Shown here: piece by piece, positions 1-11,054 of the stretch
How positions within the stretch are numbered: position 1 is the first letter of the stretch
How the letters are laid out: the number at the start of each line of letters is the position of its first letter
Assembly (NCBI GenBank): GCA_963803705.1
Contig: CAWDNU010000001.1
Span: 448,001 to 512,000, forward strand
Source: an uncultured Pseudobdellovibrionaceae bacterium
GTDB taxonomy: Bacteria; Bdellovibrionota; Bdellovibrionia; Bdellovibrionales; UBA1609
Reading direction: 5' to 3'
Length of the DNA stretch: 64,000 bases
The notes under the pieces: model-generated
Seen by the model: only the letters and a program-made list of their open reading frames with translations
Database searches by the model: none
Told to the model about the DNA's origin: nothing
Program-made: the position numbers and the translations under genes

Positions 1-248
1 AAGATTCTTTAAAAAATATTTATCATGATGTGGCAGATTTGAAGCGTGTACGCATGCAGTTTGAAAATAATTTGCGGGCGCTTATTCAATCTCATATCGC
101 TATGCTTGAGCAAGGCAAACAAATGATGCCAGATCCCCAAGTGGACGCAGAATCTTTAAGAGCTAGAATGAGCAGCGTTGGGATGAACACTAAATCTCTG
201 TCATCAGAAGCAGGTCAAATTATTAAAAATCATAATTTAGACCTCTGA
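1..248 (+). CDS. 3' end of a coiled-coil protein, probably DivIVA family (5' truncated by window)
   Basis: Frame open from window start (DSLKNIYHDVADLKRVRMQFENNLRALIQSHIAML); resembles the DivIVA C-terminal coiled coil. Confidence 0.55.
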   Translation, partial: DSLKNIYHDVADLKRVRMQFENNLRALIQSHIAMLEQGKQMMPDPQVDAESLRARMSSVGMNTKSLSSEAGQIIKNHNLDL

Positions 249-250
249 TA

Positions 251-301
251 TCTAGGTACCAGGTTCTCTAGGTGCCAGGTTCTGCTCTAGGTGCCAGGTT
301 C
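251..301 (+). repeat. Three near-tandem copies of 16-mer TCTAGGT(A/G)CCAGGTTC
   Basis: Copies at 251-266, 267-282 and 286-301 read directly from the sequence. Confidence 0.9.
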
Positions 302-427
302 CGAACGCTGGTCACGCTGTGTCTATTAGAGTTAGATTCTTAGTTTTAACTTGGTCGCTGACTAATTAGTATTTCAAATGATCAACGCTTATGCAATGAA
401 CACGTAAAAAATAAGGCCTACCCGTAT

Positions 428-829
428 ATGAAGAATGTAGCTTATGTGGTTTTTTTTGATGGCTTCTGCGGGTTGTGTAGTGGAGCAGTTGATTTCTTAA
501 TTGCAAGAGACACACAAAAAAAGTTTAAATATAGTCCTCTTCAGGGTGAGTATATAAAAGCCTTAAATGTAAATATTGATACCAATAACTTAGACACTTT
601 ATACGTGTATGATGGTTTCAAAATTTTTGAGAAAACCAAAGCCTGGACACTTCTAGCTTACGAGCTTGGTGGATTTTGGAAGTTCTTATCCATTTGCTCA
701 AAGATCGTTCCTGTTTTTATCTTAGACTTTTTTTATGATTTAATAGCCAGATATAGATACAAGATTTTTGGGAAGAAAGAAACCTGTCGTTTACCGAGTC
801 CAGAACAACGCGACCTATTTTTAGATTGA
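428..829 (+). CDS. DCC1/YuxK-like thiol-disulfide oxidoreductase family protein
   Basis: FFDGFCGLC (DxxCxxC) motif and C-terminal YDLIARYRYKIFGK..CRLP. Confidence 0.9.
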   Translation: MKNVAYVVFFDGFCGLCSGAVDFLIARDTQKKFKYSPLQGEYIKALNVNIDTNNLDTLYVYDGFKIFEKTKAWTLLAYELGGFWKFLSICSKIVPVFILDFFYDLIARYRYKIFGKKETCRLPSPEQRDLFLD

Positions 830-851
830 CTCAGTAAACTAAAATTTATTT

Positions 852-1133
852 TTAAAGCGCTCTGCAATTGGTTGGCTTAGTAAATGGAAAACGATCTTCA
901 CACAAATCTTTAAAGTTAGACTCTGCGGTTCCAGTCACTTGGCCGTCAATAAACCCAGCAAAGTGTCTACAATTACATACAACACTTTTAAATGAATCCT
1001 CTTGGTCGCCTCTACATATAACTAATATACTTTTATCTTCTAATCCAGCCATACTTGTTACATATGTGGAATATCTAAAATTAAACACAAGGATTATTAC
1101 TGAATAGAAAATATAGTTTTTTTTCTGAAACAA
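852..1133 (-). CDS. Small Cys-containing hypothetical protein
   Basis: 93 aa ORF filling the gap downstream of the MFS gene; no recognisable family. Confidence 0.35.
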   Translation of the reverse strand: MFQKKNYIFYSVIILVFNFRYSTYVTSMAGLEDKSILVICRGDQEDSFKSVVCNCRHFAGFIDGQVTGTAESNFKDLCEDRFPFTKPTNCRAL

Positions 1134-1180
1134 ATTATTGGTGCGTTAAATAATTAAGCTCCAATCCTAAATTTATATAA

Positions 1181-2395
1181 TTATCTACTTAAGATTAAAT
1201 ATAAACTAAAAATAGTTAGTAAGCTTGAGATATAAAAAGGTCCAACGGTAAGTGTGCTGGCGTAGATGCTACCAGCAATAGCTGGGCCAATGATCCGACC
1301 TAAAGCGCTTAGTGATTGGGTAACGCCCATAACCTGGCCCTGGTGGTCTTGGTCCTCGTTTAAACTTATACTTCCCGTTAAGGCTGGAGATAACAAGCCT
1401 TGAGCAACACTTAAAATCGTTACTGGAATTATGAATAGGACAAGCGTAGGTGCCAAAGGAATAGAGCCTACTCCAAAAGCAAATAGCACTAAAGATGCCT
1501 TGATAAGTTTAGCTTCACCATACTTAGGTAGCATTTTTCTTACCAAAAACCCTTGGGTAAAGACTAAGATTAATCCTATATATGCAAAGCCCATCGAGGC
1601 TTGTTCAAGGTTAAGCTCGAACTTGTCTTTAACGTATAAAAATAAGCTCACTTCAATTAAAGCCATAGCTAAAGAGTTCAAGCCATAAGTTAAAAGCAAA
1701 TTTCTTAAATTACTTTTTTTAAAATACTGAAAAATAACAAGTATCTTTTTGTGGGCTGGTAAAGGTGTGGTAGTTTTTAGGTTTGGATAAATACCTTTGT
1801 TTATAATTTTGGGATTAGTTTCCGGTAAGTAAAAAATTGCAAAAACAAAATTCAGAAAACATAAAAAAGCAGCGGCTAGCGCTGCAGTCCACAAACCGAA
1901 AGGAGCTTCTAGCGAAATTTTAGCTCCTTGTGAGCTAATAAAGCCGCCAAAAAAAGGTCCTATTGTAAAGCCCAAACCAAAAGCAGCGCCAATAAGACCC
2001 ATCCGTTTTGATCTTTCGGACTCTTCGCTAATATCAGCAACCGATGCCATGGCTGCCGATATATTAGCGGCAAATGTACCTGCAAATAAGCGGGCCATAA
2101 ACATGGTCCAAAAAGTTGTGCTAAACGCAAATCCTAGGTGACTAATCGAGGCTCCTAACAGGCTGAGCAAAAGAATAGGTCTTCGCCCATATTTATCACT
2201 TAATTGTCCCCAGAAAGGGTTAAAAATAAATTGCATTAAAGAGTAGATTGACATCAATATGCCGGCTTTGAAAGCGCTCTCGCCTAAGCTTCTGCCAAGA
2301 TAGGGAATCAACGGGATTATCATCCCAAAACCAACTAAGTCTATAAAAACAGTAAAAAACAGTAGAATTAGAATACGTCTTGGTTTTCGAGTCAT
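1181..2395 (-). CDS. MFS transporter, TetA/DHA1-like
   Basis: About 12 hydrophobic segments; motif A (GQLSDKYGRRP) and motif C (GFTIGPFFGG). Confidence 0.9.
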   Translation of the reverse strand: MTRKPRRILILLFFTVFIDLVGFGMIIPLIPYLGRSLGESAFKAGILMSIYSLMQFIFNPFWGQLSDKYGRRPILLLSLLGASISHLGFAFSTTFWTMFMARLFAGTFAANISAAMASVADISEESERSKRMGLIGAAFGLGFTIGPFFGGFISSQGAKISLEAPFGLWTAALAAAFLCFLNFVFAIFYLPETNPKIINKGIYPNLKTTTPLPAHKKILVIFQYFKKSNLRNLLLTYGLNSLAMALIEVSLFLYVKDKFELNLEQASMGFAYIGLILVFTQGFLVRKMLPKYGEAKLIKASLVLFAFGVGSIPLAPTLVLFIIPVTILSVAQGLLSPALTGSISLNEDQDHQGQVMGVTQSLSALGRIIGPAIAGSIYASTLTVGPFYISSLLTIFSLYLILSR

Positions 2396-2435
2396 GATTT
2401 TAATTTACACCTGTTCAATTACAAAATGAATTTAT

Positions 2436-3506
2436 ATGATAAATATAATGAAACTTTATATTTTAATTTTTCTAATGCTAGCATTTTATTCATCAAAAGT
2501 CTTAGCAGACTTAGCACACAGAAATTTACCATATTTCAGCCCTCAGAGATTGCAGTTAGGTATTGAGTTTCAAAGCTTTAGTGCTGATTCAAACTTTCTA
2601 AGTGACGGCAGTAAAGAGACGCTGCCTGCTGGGTTTAAATTTTTGACTTATGACATAGTTCTTTCAACAATGTATGACCTAAATGATTTATGGGCTATAT
2701 CGGCAGACTTAGGTCTTGGATATGCTGAAAGTTTTGACAATACAGATTTTAGAAATAGCCGCGAAATCAAGGACCTGAAGCTAGGGTTATGGCGCTTATT
2801 TGATAAAAAAGAGTACGGAAGATTTACAGTAGACGGGTTTTATTTATTTAACTTTATTGAGAATAATATATCCAAAGATGAGGTATCCTTAACCGACGGA
2901 GTTTCCTGGCTTCAACTTGGAGTCTGGTGGGAGCCGGATCTAGGTCGCTCACAGGCTAACTACGATAAATATAAAAATCGTTCTGCCAACAAGTATTTAA
3001 TTCGAACATACTTAGGCTTTAGGACCAGGCCAGGGTATTCTGATGTCATAATTTATAAAATCCATCCACAGTTTTCATATAAAAAATTTATTTATGGGGC
3101 AGAATTAAATGGATTAATCACTGTGATTAAAGAAAGTGAGGCGGCCCGAATTGATAAAGAAGTGCTAAATGTTGAGTACAATGCATCGGTCTTCAGATAC
3201 AACGCTTGGAATCCAAACACAGTCGAGGCTATGGCATGGGCTGGCTACCAAACCAGCCCCTACAGTCAAATTCGTTTTGGGGCTTCTCAGGTTGTTGGCC
3301 TCAAAAATGTAGCAGAGGGTTTTGGCTTCTTTTTTGAGTGGCAAACGTCTATGACTATTACGCCTTCCGGACTTTTCTTTTCAGATATTTTTGAAAATTC
3401 CCAAAAATCGAATCCTAGAAAGAATAATATGGAAATTAAGAACTATGGTAAGGATCTTAATGAAGGCACACCAAAAGTTAAACCTTCGAGCCTTCAAGAT
3501 CTGTGA
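2436..3506 (+). CDS. Exported hypothetical protein, probable outer-membrane beta-barrel
   Basis: Signal-peptide-like N-terminus; aromatic-rich alternating beta-strand pattern. Confidence 0.6.
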   Translation: MINIMKLYILIFLMLAFYSSKVLADLAHRNLPYFSPQRLQLGIEFQSFSADSNFLSDGSKETLPAGFKFLTYDIVLSTMYDLNDLWAISADLGLGYAESFDNTDFRNSREIKDLKLGLWRLFDKKEYGRFTVDGFYLFNFIENNISKDEVSLTDGVSWLQLGVWWEPDLGRSQANYDKYKNRSANKYLIRTYLGFRTRPGYSDVIIYKIHPQFSYKKFIYGAELNGLITVIKESEAARIDKEVLNVEYNASVFRYNAWNPNTVEAMAWAGYQTSPYSQIRFGASQVVGLKNVAEGFGFFFEWQTSMTITPSGLFFSDIFENSQKSNPRKNNMEIKNYGKDLNEGTPKVKPSSLQDL

Positions 3507-3642
3507 GCCTGACGTCTAAGGCATGAAAATGTCTTTATTGAGTTTTGCAAGTTCAAGAAGATTAACTAATAAAATTGTTTTAGGCTGATTTTTTGACCGA
3601 AGTGTTTTATATCCACTGTACTAGATTAGAAGGGGAGCAATT

Positions 3643-6348
3643 ATGTTAGAAAGTGTTTCTGAAGTAGATTTTGAAAAACAGTACGATCCTACCCACGTTG
3701 AATCCAAAATTTATAAAAAATGGATGGATAAGGGCTGTTTTCACGCAGAAGACCAGTCCACCAAACCTCCTTTTTCGGTGATTTTACCGCCACCAAATAT
3801 TACTGGCTTTTTGCATTTAGGGCATGCTTTGGATCATACAATCCAGGATGTTTTAGTCAGATGGAAAAGGATGTCTGGTTACAACACTGTCTGGTTACCA
3901 GGAATTGATCATGCGGGGATCTCTACTCAAAGTGCTGTTGAAAAAAATTTAGCTAAAGAATGTTTGTCTAGAATTGAAATGGGCCGAGAAAAATTTGTCG
4001 AAAAGGTATGGGACTGGAGACACCAATTTGGAAATCGCATTGTTGACCAAATGAAAAGACTTGGAAACTCTTGTGACTGGGATCGTTTAACATTTACGCT
4101 TGATGATGGTGTATCTAATGCGGTTCGAAAAGTTTTTGTAAATCTTTATAAGAAAAAAAGAATTTATAAAGGTATGAAGCTTGTAAATTGGAGCCCAAAA
4201 CTTGAAACAGCCATTTCTGATATTGAGGTAGAATATAAAGAGGTCAAAGGCAAGCTTTACCATTTGGCCTATTCGCTGGAAGATGGTTCTGGAGAGCTTA
4301 TAGTTGCAACCACCAGACCAGAAACTATGCTAGGTGACACCGCTGTTGCCGTTCACCCTGATGACAAAAGGTATAAGTCTTGGGTGGGAAAGTCGTTGGT
4401 ACTACCTTTAACAGGTCGAAAAATTCCTATAATTTCTGATAGCTATGTTGATCAGGAGTTTGGCTCTGGTGCCGTTAAAATTACACCGGCGCATGATTTC
4501 AACGACTATGAGATGGGCTTGCGACACGAGCTTGAAATGATTAACATTTTGAACTCTGATGGAACTATTGTTGAAGGCTACGGGGACTTATCGGGTTTAA
4601 AAGCCCAAGAGGCGCGAAAAAAAATTGTTGAAACATTAGAAAAAAACAACGTAATAAAGAATATTGAAAATCACACACATTCGGTGGGTCATTGTAGCAA
4701 GACAGGCGCTGTGGCTGAGCCGTTCTTATCAGAGCAGTGGTTTTTAAAAATGTCAGATTTGGCAATCCCTGCCATTAAAGCCGTAGAAAATGGGACAACA
4801 AAGTTTATTCCTGAAAATTGGACGAAAACTTATATGCACTGGATGCACAACATAGAAGACTGGTGCATATCCAGGCAGCTTTGGTGGGGACACCAGATAC
4901 CAGTATGGTATTGTAAAGACTGCGATCAAGTGAATGTTTCTGAAAACGATGTAACAAAATGTGAAAAGTGTGGCTCTGACAATATTTTTCAAGATCCAGA
5001 TGTGCTTGATACTTGGTTTAGCTCTGCCCTATGGCCTTTTTCGACTTTGGGGTGGCCCGAAGACACTGAAGCTTTAAAAACATTTTATCCTACTAATGTT
5101 CTGGTAACCGGCCACGATATTATATTTTTTTGGGTGGCTAGGATGATGATGCAGGGTTTAGAGTTTCAAAAAGATGTTCCATTTAGAACGGTTTATATTC
5201 ATGGTTTAGTTCGGGATTCACAAGGACGTAAGCTGTCTAAGTCTTTAGGCAATTCAACTGATCCTGTCGAGACTATCGATCAAGTAGGGGCGGATGCCTT
5301 AAGAATCACTTTAATGTCCCAGCTCAATACAGGTAAAGACTTAAAGTTTTCCGAGCAACGCTTGGAATCCAATAGAAACTTTATAAACAAAATATGGAAT
5401 GCAACCCGATTCGCGTTTGGATCCGCAGATTTAAAATCTATAGAGCAAAAAGCTTTTTCTGAACTTAGTGCTAAATCCAAGATATCCGTGTTTGACCAAT
5501 GGATTATATATAAACTTGGAGAAGTTATAAAAAACGTAAACGATAATTTGGAAAGTTATAAATTTTCAGAAGCCGTTCAAGACTTGTACTCATTTTTATG
5601 GAACGATTTCTGTGACTGGTATTTAGAGTTCTCAAAACCTAGCCTATATAATAAAGAAGCTAGTTTCGCTAGCGAGCGCGCCGCCACTTCGCTTATTTTA
5701 TTTCAAACTTTGGGACGGGCTTTGCAGCTGATGCATCCCTTCATACCTTTTATTACTGAAGAGCTTTATGAAAAGTTGCCGGTCAAGGATACCGAAATGA
5801 TCGTGGACTCTGACTTCCCTAATCAAAAAAATAGTAAAGAATGGTTATCTATGGGAAGCGTAGAAGCTTGGGAAGAGGTTGAGCTTTTAAAAAAAGTAAT
5901 TACAGCAATAAGAAATATCAGAGGTGAAAACTCTATCCCATTAAGCTTAGAAATCGCTGCCTATGTTGTTCCAAAAGACGAGGTTTCACAAAAAATTCTA
6001 ACTTTTCATTCGGATTTGATACAAAAGTTTTGTAAATTATCTAGTATTATCTTTGAAGCCAAAAAGGATCTATCAAAGTGTGCTGTGACACCCGTTCACT
6101 TCCAAGGTTCAAGTGTCGATGTGATCATCCCTTTAGAAGGTATTGTAGACATTGACGAAGAAATAAAACGCTTAAAAAAATCAATCGAAAAAGTAAATAA
6201 AGACATATCTATTTTGTCTAAAAAACTGAAAAACGAAAGTTTTATCAGAAATGCACCCAAGGAATTAGTCGAAACAGATAAAAGCTTGTTAAAAGATGCA
6301 GAAATGAAATTTAGGACTCTGCAAGACAGCTTAAATCGGTTAAGCTAG
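3643..6348 (+). CDS. valS: Valine--tRNA ligase
   Basis: PPPNITGFLHLGH (HIGH), KLSKS (KMSKS), WCISRQLWWGH, C-terminal coiled coil. Confidence 0.98.
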   Translation: MLESVSEVDFEKQYDPTHVESKIYKKWMDKGCFHAEDQSTKPPFSVILPPPNITGFLHLGHALDHTIQDVLVRWKRMSGYNTVWLPGIDHAGISTQSAVEKNLAKECLSRIEMGREKFVEKVWDWRHQFGNRIVDQMKRLGNSCDWDRLTFTLDDGVSNAVRKVFVNLYKKKRIYKGMKLVNWSPKLETAISDIEVEYKEVKGKLYHLAYSLEDGSGELIVATTRPETMLGDTAVAVHPDDKRYKSWVGKSLVLPLTGRKIPIISDSYVDQEFGSGAVKITPAHDFNDYEMGLRHELEMINILNSDGTIVEGYGDLSGLKAQEARKKIVETLEKNNVIKNIENHTHSVGHCSKTGAVAEPFLSEQWFLKMSDLAIPAIKAVENGTTKFIPENWTKTYMHWMHNIEDWCISRQLWWGHQIPVWYCKDCDQVNVSENDVTKCEKCGSDNIFQDPDVLDTWFSSALWPFSTLGWPEDTEALKTFYPTNVLVTGHDIIFFWVARMMMQGLEFQKDVPFRTVYIHGLVRDSQGRKLSKSLGNSTDPVETIDQVGADALRITLMSQLNTGKDLKFSEQRLESNRNFINKIWNATRFAFGSADLKSIEQKAFSELSAKSKISVFDQWIIYKLGEVIKNVNDNLESYKFSEAVQDLYSFLWNDFCDWYLEFSKPSLYNKEASFASERAATSLILFQTLGRALQLMHPFIPFITEELYEKLPVKDTEMIVDSDFPNQKNSKEWLSMGSVEAWEEVELLKKVITAIRNIRGENSIPLSLEIAAYVVPKDEVSQKILTFHSDLIQKFCKLSSIIFEAKKDLSKCAVTPVHFQGSSVDVIIPLEGIVDIDEEIKRLKKSIEKVNKDISILSKKLKNESFIRNAPKELVETDKSLLKDAEMKFRTLQDSLNRLS

Positions 6349-6353
6349 TAAGA

Positions 6354-8657
6354 ATGAGTTTAAATATATCTAATAAAAATCATGGTTTTATAAAAAGGCA
6401 CCCGGATGGGTACGCTTTTTTTATTTCAAAAAATGATAGTCAAAGTGATGTTTTCATATCAGCTGACGATTTGAATGGAGCTATGTCGAATGACTTGGTT
6501 GAAATTCAAATATTTAGCAATTTTAAAGGGGAAAAGCCCAGAGGGCGTGTTCAAAAAATTATTGAGCACCATTTCACAACTGTTGTTGGTCGCATGGATG
6601 CCGACGGAGATCATTATATTTTAAAAGATCTTTCTTCAGTTTGGGGTGACGATCTGTTAGTGCCAAGTAACCATGTGGGCGTTGCAAAGCCGGGTGAGCT
6701 TGTACTGGTTGAAATTCTATCTTATCCGGGTACGAAGAAAGGTTTTGTCGGAAAAGTTATATCAAGTTTAGGCCAACCAAGTGATCCTGCTGTAGATATT
6801 AAGCGGATTGCAATGACCCAAGGTATTCCGATGCAATTCCAAAATGCATCTTTGGTAGATGTCGATAAATTTGGAACTGACATACCACAAAGTGAAATAA
6901 AGAAAAGAAAAGACTTAAGATCCTTAGAGCTAGTTACTATAGACGGAGCGACTGCAAAGGATTTTGATGATGCTGTGTTCGTTGAAAAAAAAGGTAGCAA
7001 CTTTCGTCTTATTGTAGCAATTGCTGATGTTAGTTTCTATGTCCAAGAGGGAATGAGCGTAAATACAGAAGCTTATGAACGTGGCACCAGCACTTATTTT
7101 CCTAATTTTGTTATTCCTATGCTTCCAGAAGGTTTATCAAATGAACTTTGTTCTTTGAAACCAGATGTTGATCGATTGGCAATGGTTGCAGATATGGTCA
7201 TAGATTCTTCAGGTCGTTTTTTAAATTATGAATTTTACGAGGCCGTCATAAAGAGCCATGCACGGCTGACTTACGGTGATGTTCAAAGAGTTCTTGATGG
7301 CTCAGATGTACCTGAATTAAAACATTTAGAGGATCGCTTAAAGCTTTCTGAGACCCTAGCAAACATTCTAAAAAAGAAGCGATTTGATGAAGGGTCATTG
7401 GATCTAGATATCCCCGAGGTGCTTGTCGAGGTGGATGATCAAGGACAAGCCGTTGATATTCATCTGTCTGAACGAATTTTTGCTCATCGTTTGATTGAAG
7501 AATTTATGCTGAAAGCCAATATCGCTGTAGCTGAGTTTATCGATAAAAAAGGAAAAGCTCAGCTTTACAGAGTACATGAAGAACCAGATATTTTAGCCTT
7601 AGATACTTTTATGAGATTTTTTAATCAATTTACAAATTTTAAGCACCAATCACCTGACCCAAGTGAAATCTGCGCAGTGTTATCTAGCATTGAAGGCAAA
7701 GAAAAAAATATTCTACAGACACTTTTTCTAAGGTCGATGAGACAAGCAAAATACAGCCCAGAAGACATTGGTCATTTCGGTTTAGCTTTTTCTCATTATG
7801 CCCATTTTACTTCACCAATTAGACGCTACCCTGATCTGATCACACACCGTATTTTAAAAAGCATAGTGAAGGGAACTGGTGCAGTGTCTTATACCGAATC
7901 TGAATTGACTGAAAAATCTGAATACTTAAGTCAATGTGAACAGCGCTCTGTTAAAGCCGAAAGAAAAGTTAAGTCTATAAAAAAAGCGCGCTTCGCGGAA
8001 AAACTGTTAGGTAGCGAATTTGAAGGTTCGATCACATCAGTTGCTCGCTTTGGAATTTTTATCACCCTAGATCAGTATCCACTTGAAGGTATGGTTAGAA
8101 TCGGTGATCTGGGCTCGGATTACTTTGTCTTTAATGAAGAGCAAATTAGTTTAGTTGGGCAGCGCTCGGGTAAGCAGTTTAAATTAGGAGACCGGGTTAA
8201 AGTAACATTGGCCCAAGTTAATATTGAAGATGGTTTTATTGACCTGACTCTTGAAGAACACCAGGGGCGTGCACAATCAAAAGCTATTTCTTCATGGCTG
8301 AGTAAAGATGGGGCCAAAAAGAAGAATCCTAAATTTAAAGGTAAAAGGTCTAGATCAAAGTTCAGTCGAAAGTCTACAGCAAAGTCATCGGATCGCTCTG
8401 AAAAGAAAGTCCCCGAGCACCACAAAAAAAGATTTTTAAATAAACTAGATTCCGAAAGCGAACAGAAAGGCTCGGCTGGCTCTAAGGAAAGATCTGCTAA
8501 TAAGTTTGCGAAAAAATCAGGATCAAACAGTAGCTCTAAAAACAATTCTAACAAAGAAGATGAAAGTAGATCTAAAAAAAGCGGTGGCAAAGTTAAAGCT
8601 AGTGATCTATTTAGTTCGTCTCATCGACGAATTGGCTTCGGAAAAAATAAAAAATAA
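6354..8657 (+). CDS. rnr: Ribonuclease R
   Basis: TIDGATAKDFDDA RNB motif, HFTSPIRRYPD, S1 domain, basic C-terminal tail. Confidence 0.95.
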   Translation: MSLNISNKNHGFIKRHPDGYAFFISKNDSQSDVFISADDLNGAMSNDLVEIQIFSNFKGEKPRGRVQKIIEHHFTTVVGRMDADGDHYILKDLSSVWGDDLLVPSNHVGVAKPGELVLVEILSYPGTKKGFVGKVISSLGQPSDPAVDIKRIAMTQGIPMQFQNASLVDVDKFGTDIPQSEIKKRKDLRSLELVTIDGATAKDFDDAVFVEKKGSNFRLIVAIADVSFYVQEGMSVNTEAYERGTSTYFPNFVIPMLPEGLSNELCSLKPDVDRLAMVADMVIDSSGRFLNYEFYEAVIKSHARLTYGDVQRVLDGSDVPELKHLEDRLKLSETLANILKKKRFDEGSLDLDIPEVLVEVDDQGQAVDIHLSERIFAHRLIEEFMLKANIAVAEFIDKKGKAQLYRVHEEPDILALDTFMRFFNQFTNFKHQSPDPSEICAVLSSIEGKEKNILQTLFLRSMRQAKYSPEDIGHFGLAFSHYAHFTSPIRRYPDLITHRILKSIVKGTGAVSYTESELTEKSEYLSQCEQRSVKAERKVKSIKKARFAEKLLGSEFEGSITSVARFGIFITLDQYPLEGMVRIGDLGSDYFVFNEEQISLVGQRSGKQFKLGDRVKVTLAQVNIEDGFIDLTLEEHQGRAQSKAISSWLSKDGAKKKNPKFKGKRSRSKFSRKSTAKSSDRSEKKVPEHHKKRFLNKLDSESEQKGSAGSKERSANKFAKKSGSNSSSKNNSNKEDESRSKKSGGKVKASDLFSSSHRRIGFGKNKK

Positions 8658-8668
8658 CTTCGACAACT

Positions 8669-9949
8669 TTATTTTATTAGATTAGACGCAAAGTCCTTTT
8701 GCTCTGGAGACACATAGATACGTTCGATCATTCTTATCTTTTCGTAACGGCTGAAGATTTCAGTGGTGTCTTGAATTTTAGTGGGAGCAATAGATTTATC
8801 ATATTGTTCCAGTACATAAATATTGTAAGCCAAATCCTGATTTGTAGCGCCGTGATACTTACTTAGGCGGGCTTCAGAGCTTACGTAGATTAAATCAACG
8901 TCTTTGCTCTTCAGCGTTTTTTTAATTTGTTCTATTTTTTCACTACCATCGTCGGAATGAGTTTCATATAGCACTTTATAGGGCTCACGATTAGCGATTC
9001 GTTTAGCCCATATACTTTTATTTTGCGCTTCATTTAAATGTTCATACAAAGAATAATCAGTGCATTTTATATATTTGTCCAAAATAGCAGGAAGTTTAAA
9101 GGTGCAATCTGGCGAATCTAAATACCTAGTTAACATTTCTTCGTAAATAATAGCTTTGTGGTGAAAATAGACCATCAGGTGCATATGGTGTCGGGATAAT
9201 AAAAAATCATCAAATGTATAAAGAGCCCTACGATTTATTGCAAGATGCAATTTATCTTTAACCTGAGTGTAGGTCAGATTTGCAATCAACCATGAAAGCT
9301 CAATATTTCCATAGTTTGTGCCGCAGAAATAAGCGTCTCTTAGCAAATAGTCCATACGATCTACGTCTAATTCAGAACTGACAAGTTGACTTAGAATCGG
9401 TCTGAAATCAACACCATCAATCACGAAGAAATCATCGCCGGCTATGATTTCTGAATCCACGAGTGCAGCTACATGTTCAGGTTCAAATTCTCCGTAGGCT
9501 TTTATAATATTGGCAATTTCTGATTCAGTGACAAAAGCAATTGTGTAATCTTCATGATTAGCTTTTCTATCCTGATTGCGTTTTTGTAAATTAAAAATTT
9601 TAATATTCAACTCTGATAACTGCGGCATTACAACTTCAGTGGTGTGACTAAGCGGACCATGGCCAATATCGTGCAGTAAAGCAGCAAGCTTCACGCACTG
9701 TCGAAGACTATCTTTTGTTTTAAAATCCTTAAATGGATAGTTTCTGAATATTGTGTCAAAAGCGACTCCGGCCAAATGGCTAACCCCTACAGAATGTAGA
9801 AATCGATTATGAGTGGCCCCTGGAAAACTAAATTCAGCAAACCCTAATTGCTTGATGGCTCTTAGACGTTGATATTCTAGGGAATCACAAACTTTAACCT
9901 CGATGGGTGTTAGTGCAATTGAGCCATGAATCGGATCACGAATTTCCAT
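8669..9949 (-). CDS. HD-domain phosphohydrolase, SAMHD1/dNTPase-like
   Basis: IRDPIHG, QRLRAIKQLG, HNRFLHSVG, LLHDIGHGPLSH, DVDRMDYLLRD. Confidence 0.9.
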   Translation of the reverse strand: MEIRDPIHGSIALTPIEVKVCDSLEYQRLRAIKQLGFAEFSFPGATHNRFLHSVGVSHLAGVAFDTIFRNYPFKDFKTKDSLRQCVKLAALLHDIGHGPLSHTTEVVMPQLSELNIKIFNLQKRNQDRKANHEDYTIAFVTESEIANIIKAYGEFEPEHVAALVDSEIIAGDDFFVIDGVDFRPILSQLVSSELDVDRMDYLLRDAYFCGTNYGNIELSWLIANLTYTQVKDKLHLAINRRALYTFDDFLLSRHHMHLMVYFHHKAIIYEEMLTRYLDSPDCTFKLPAILDKYIKCTDYSLYEHLNEAQNKSIWAKRIANREPYKVLYETHSDDGSEKIEQIKKTLKSKDVDLIYVSSEARLSKYHGATNQDLAYNIYVLEQYDKSIAPTKIQDTTEIFSRYEKIRMIERIYVSPEQKDFASNLIK

Positions 9950-10242
9950 AGCCTAAGTTTTAGGAAGCGCAGCCCCAAAGGTCAATCTTTAGGCTTTGCA
10001 TTGCACTGCAAGGCACCTTTTAGGCCAATTTAAGAAACATTGTTAAATGAATTCCAGGAAATATTTGTCTTAATTTATATTCAATGTCAGCATGAAAAGT
10101 GAGTTCGGATTGGGACCTTTGGTGTTAGCTAAAAAAGACCAGCCGTATGTTCGAGCCTTTTCATGCTGACATTGAATATAAATTAAGACAAATATTTGCT
10201 ACAAACTGTTTTAATAACAAGTTTAAAAAATGGAGATTTTAT

Positions 10243-11037
10243 ATGAAGTCATATTTAGATCTTATGGAAAAAGTTTATGTCCAAGGGTTGGATCGAAAAG
10301 ATAGAACCGGCACTGGCACGCGCAGCCTTTTTGGTCATCAACTTCGTTATGATCTTAAGGAAGGCTTTCCGCTAGTAACGACTAAAAAGGTACATTTGAA
10401 GTCGATTATTTATGAGCTTCTTTGGTTCTTAAAAGGTGACACTAATGTTAAGTATCTTCAAGAAAATGGGGTTCGCATCTGGAATGACTGGGCTGACCAA
10501 ACCGGAGATCTTGGCCGGGTTTACGGAGCCCAGTGGCGATCATGGCAAGGACCAAACGGCAAAGTAGTAGATCAAATTACTAATGTAATTGAGTCTATTA
10601 AAACTAATCCATCTTCTAGAAGACACTTAGTGGTTGCTTTTAATCCTGGCGAGATTGACCAAATGGCACTTCCTCCGTGTCATGCGTTTTTCCAGTTCTA
10701 TGTTGGTGATGGAACCCTTAGTTGTCAGCTTTATCAAAGAAGTGCTGATATTTTTTTAGGAGTTCCATTTAATATTGCAAGTTATGCCTTACTTACTCTG
10801 ATGATGGCACAGGTCTGTGATTTAACCCCGGGTGACTTTGTTCACACATTTGGAGACGCACATATTTACCACAATCATTTTGATCAGGTTAAAACTCAAC
10901 TTCAAAGACAGCCTAAGCCACTACCTAGAATGATCTTAAATCAGTCAGTAAAAGATCTGTTTGAGTTTGATTTTAATGATTTCACCTTGTTGGATTACAA
11001 GCCAGATCCAGCAATAAAAGCTTCAGTGTCTATATAG
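10243..11037 (+). CDS. thyA: Thymidylate synthase
   Basis: [27 protein letters not shown]; start placed at MKSYLDL after GGAG RBS. Confidence 0.97.
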   Translation: MKSYLDLMEKVYVQGLDRKDRTGTGTRSLFGHQLRYDLKEGFPLVTTKKVHLKSIIYELLWFLKGDTNVKYLQENGVRIWNDWADQTGDLGRVYGAQWRSWQGPNGKVVDQITNVIESIKTNPSSRRHLVVAFNPGEIDQMALPPCHAFFQFYVGDGTLSCQLYQRSADIFLGVPFNIASYALLTLMMAQVCDLTPGDFVHTFGDAHIYHNHFDQVKTQLQRQPKPLPRMILNQSVKDLFEFDFNDFTLLDYKPDPAIKASVSI

Positions 11038-11054
11038 GTCGACGGGAATATATA

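Noticed and set aside
251..301. Possible CRISPR array
   Set aside because: Repeats are 16 bp with 0-3 nt spacers, and no cas genes are present
8120..8590. 156 aa minus-strand ORF
   Set aside because: Antisense shadow of the K/S-rich RNase R tail
10147..10242. N-terminal extension of thyA in the ORF track
   Set aside because: RBS and homology place the start at 10243
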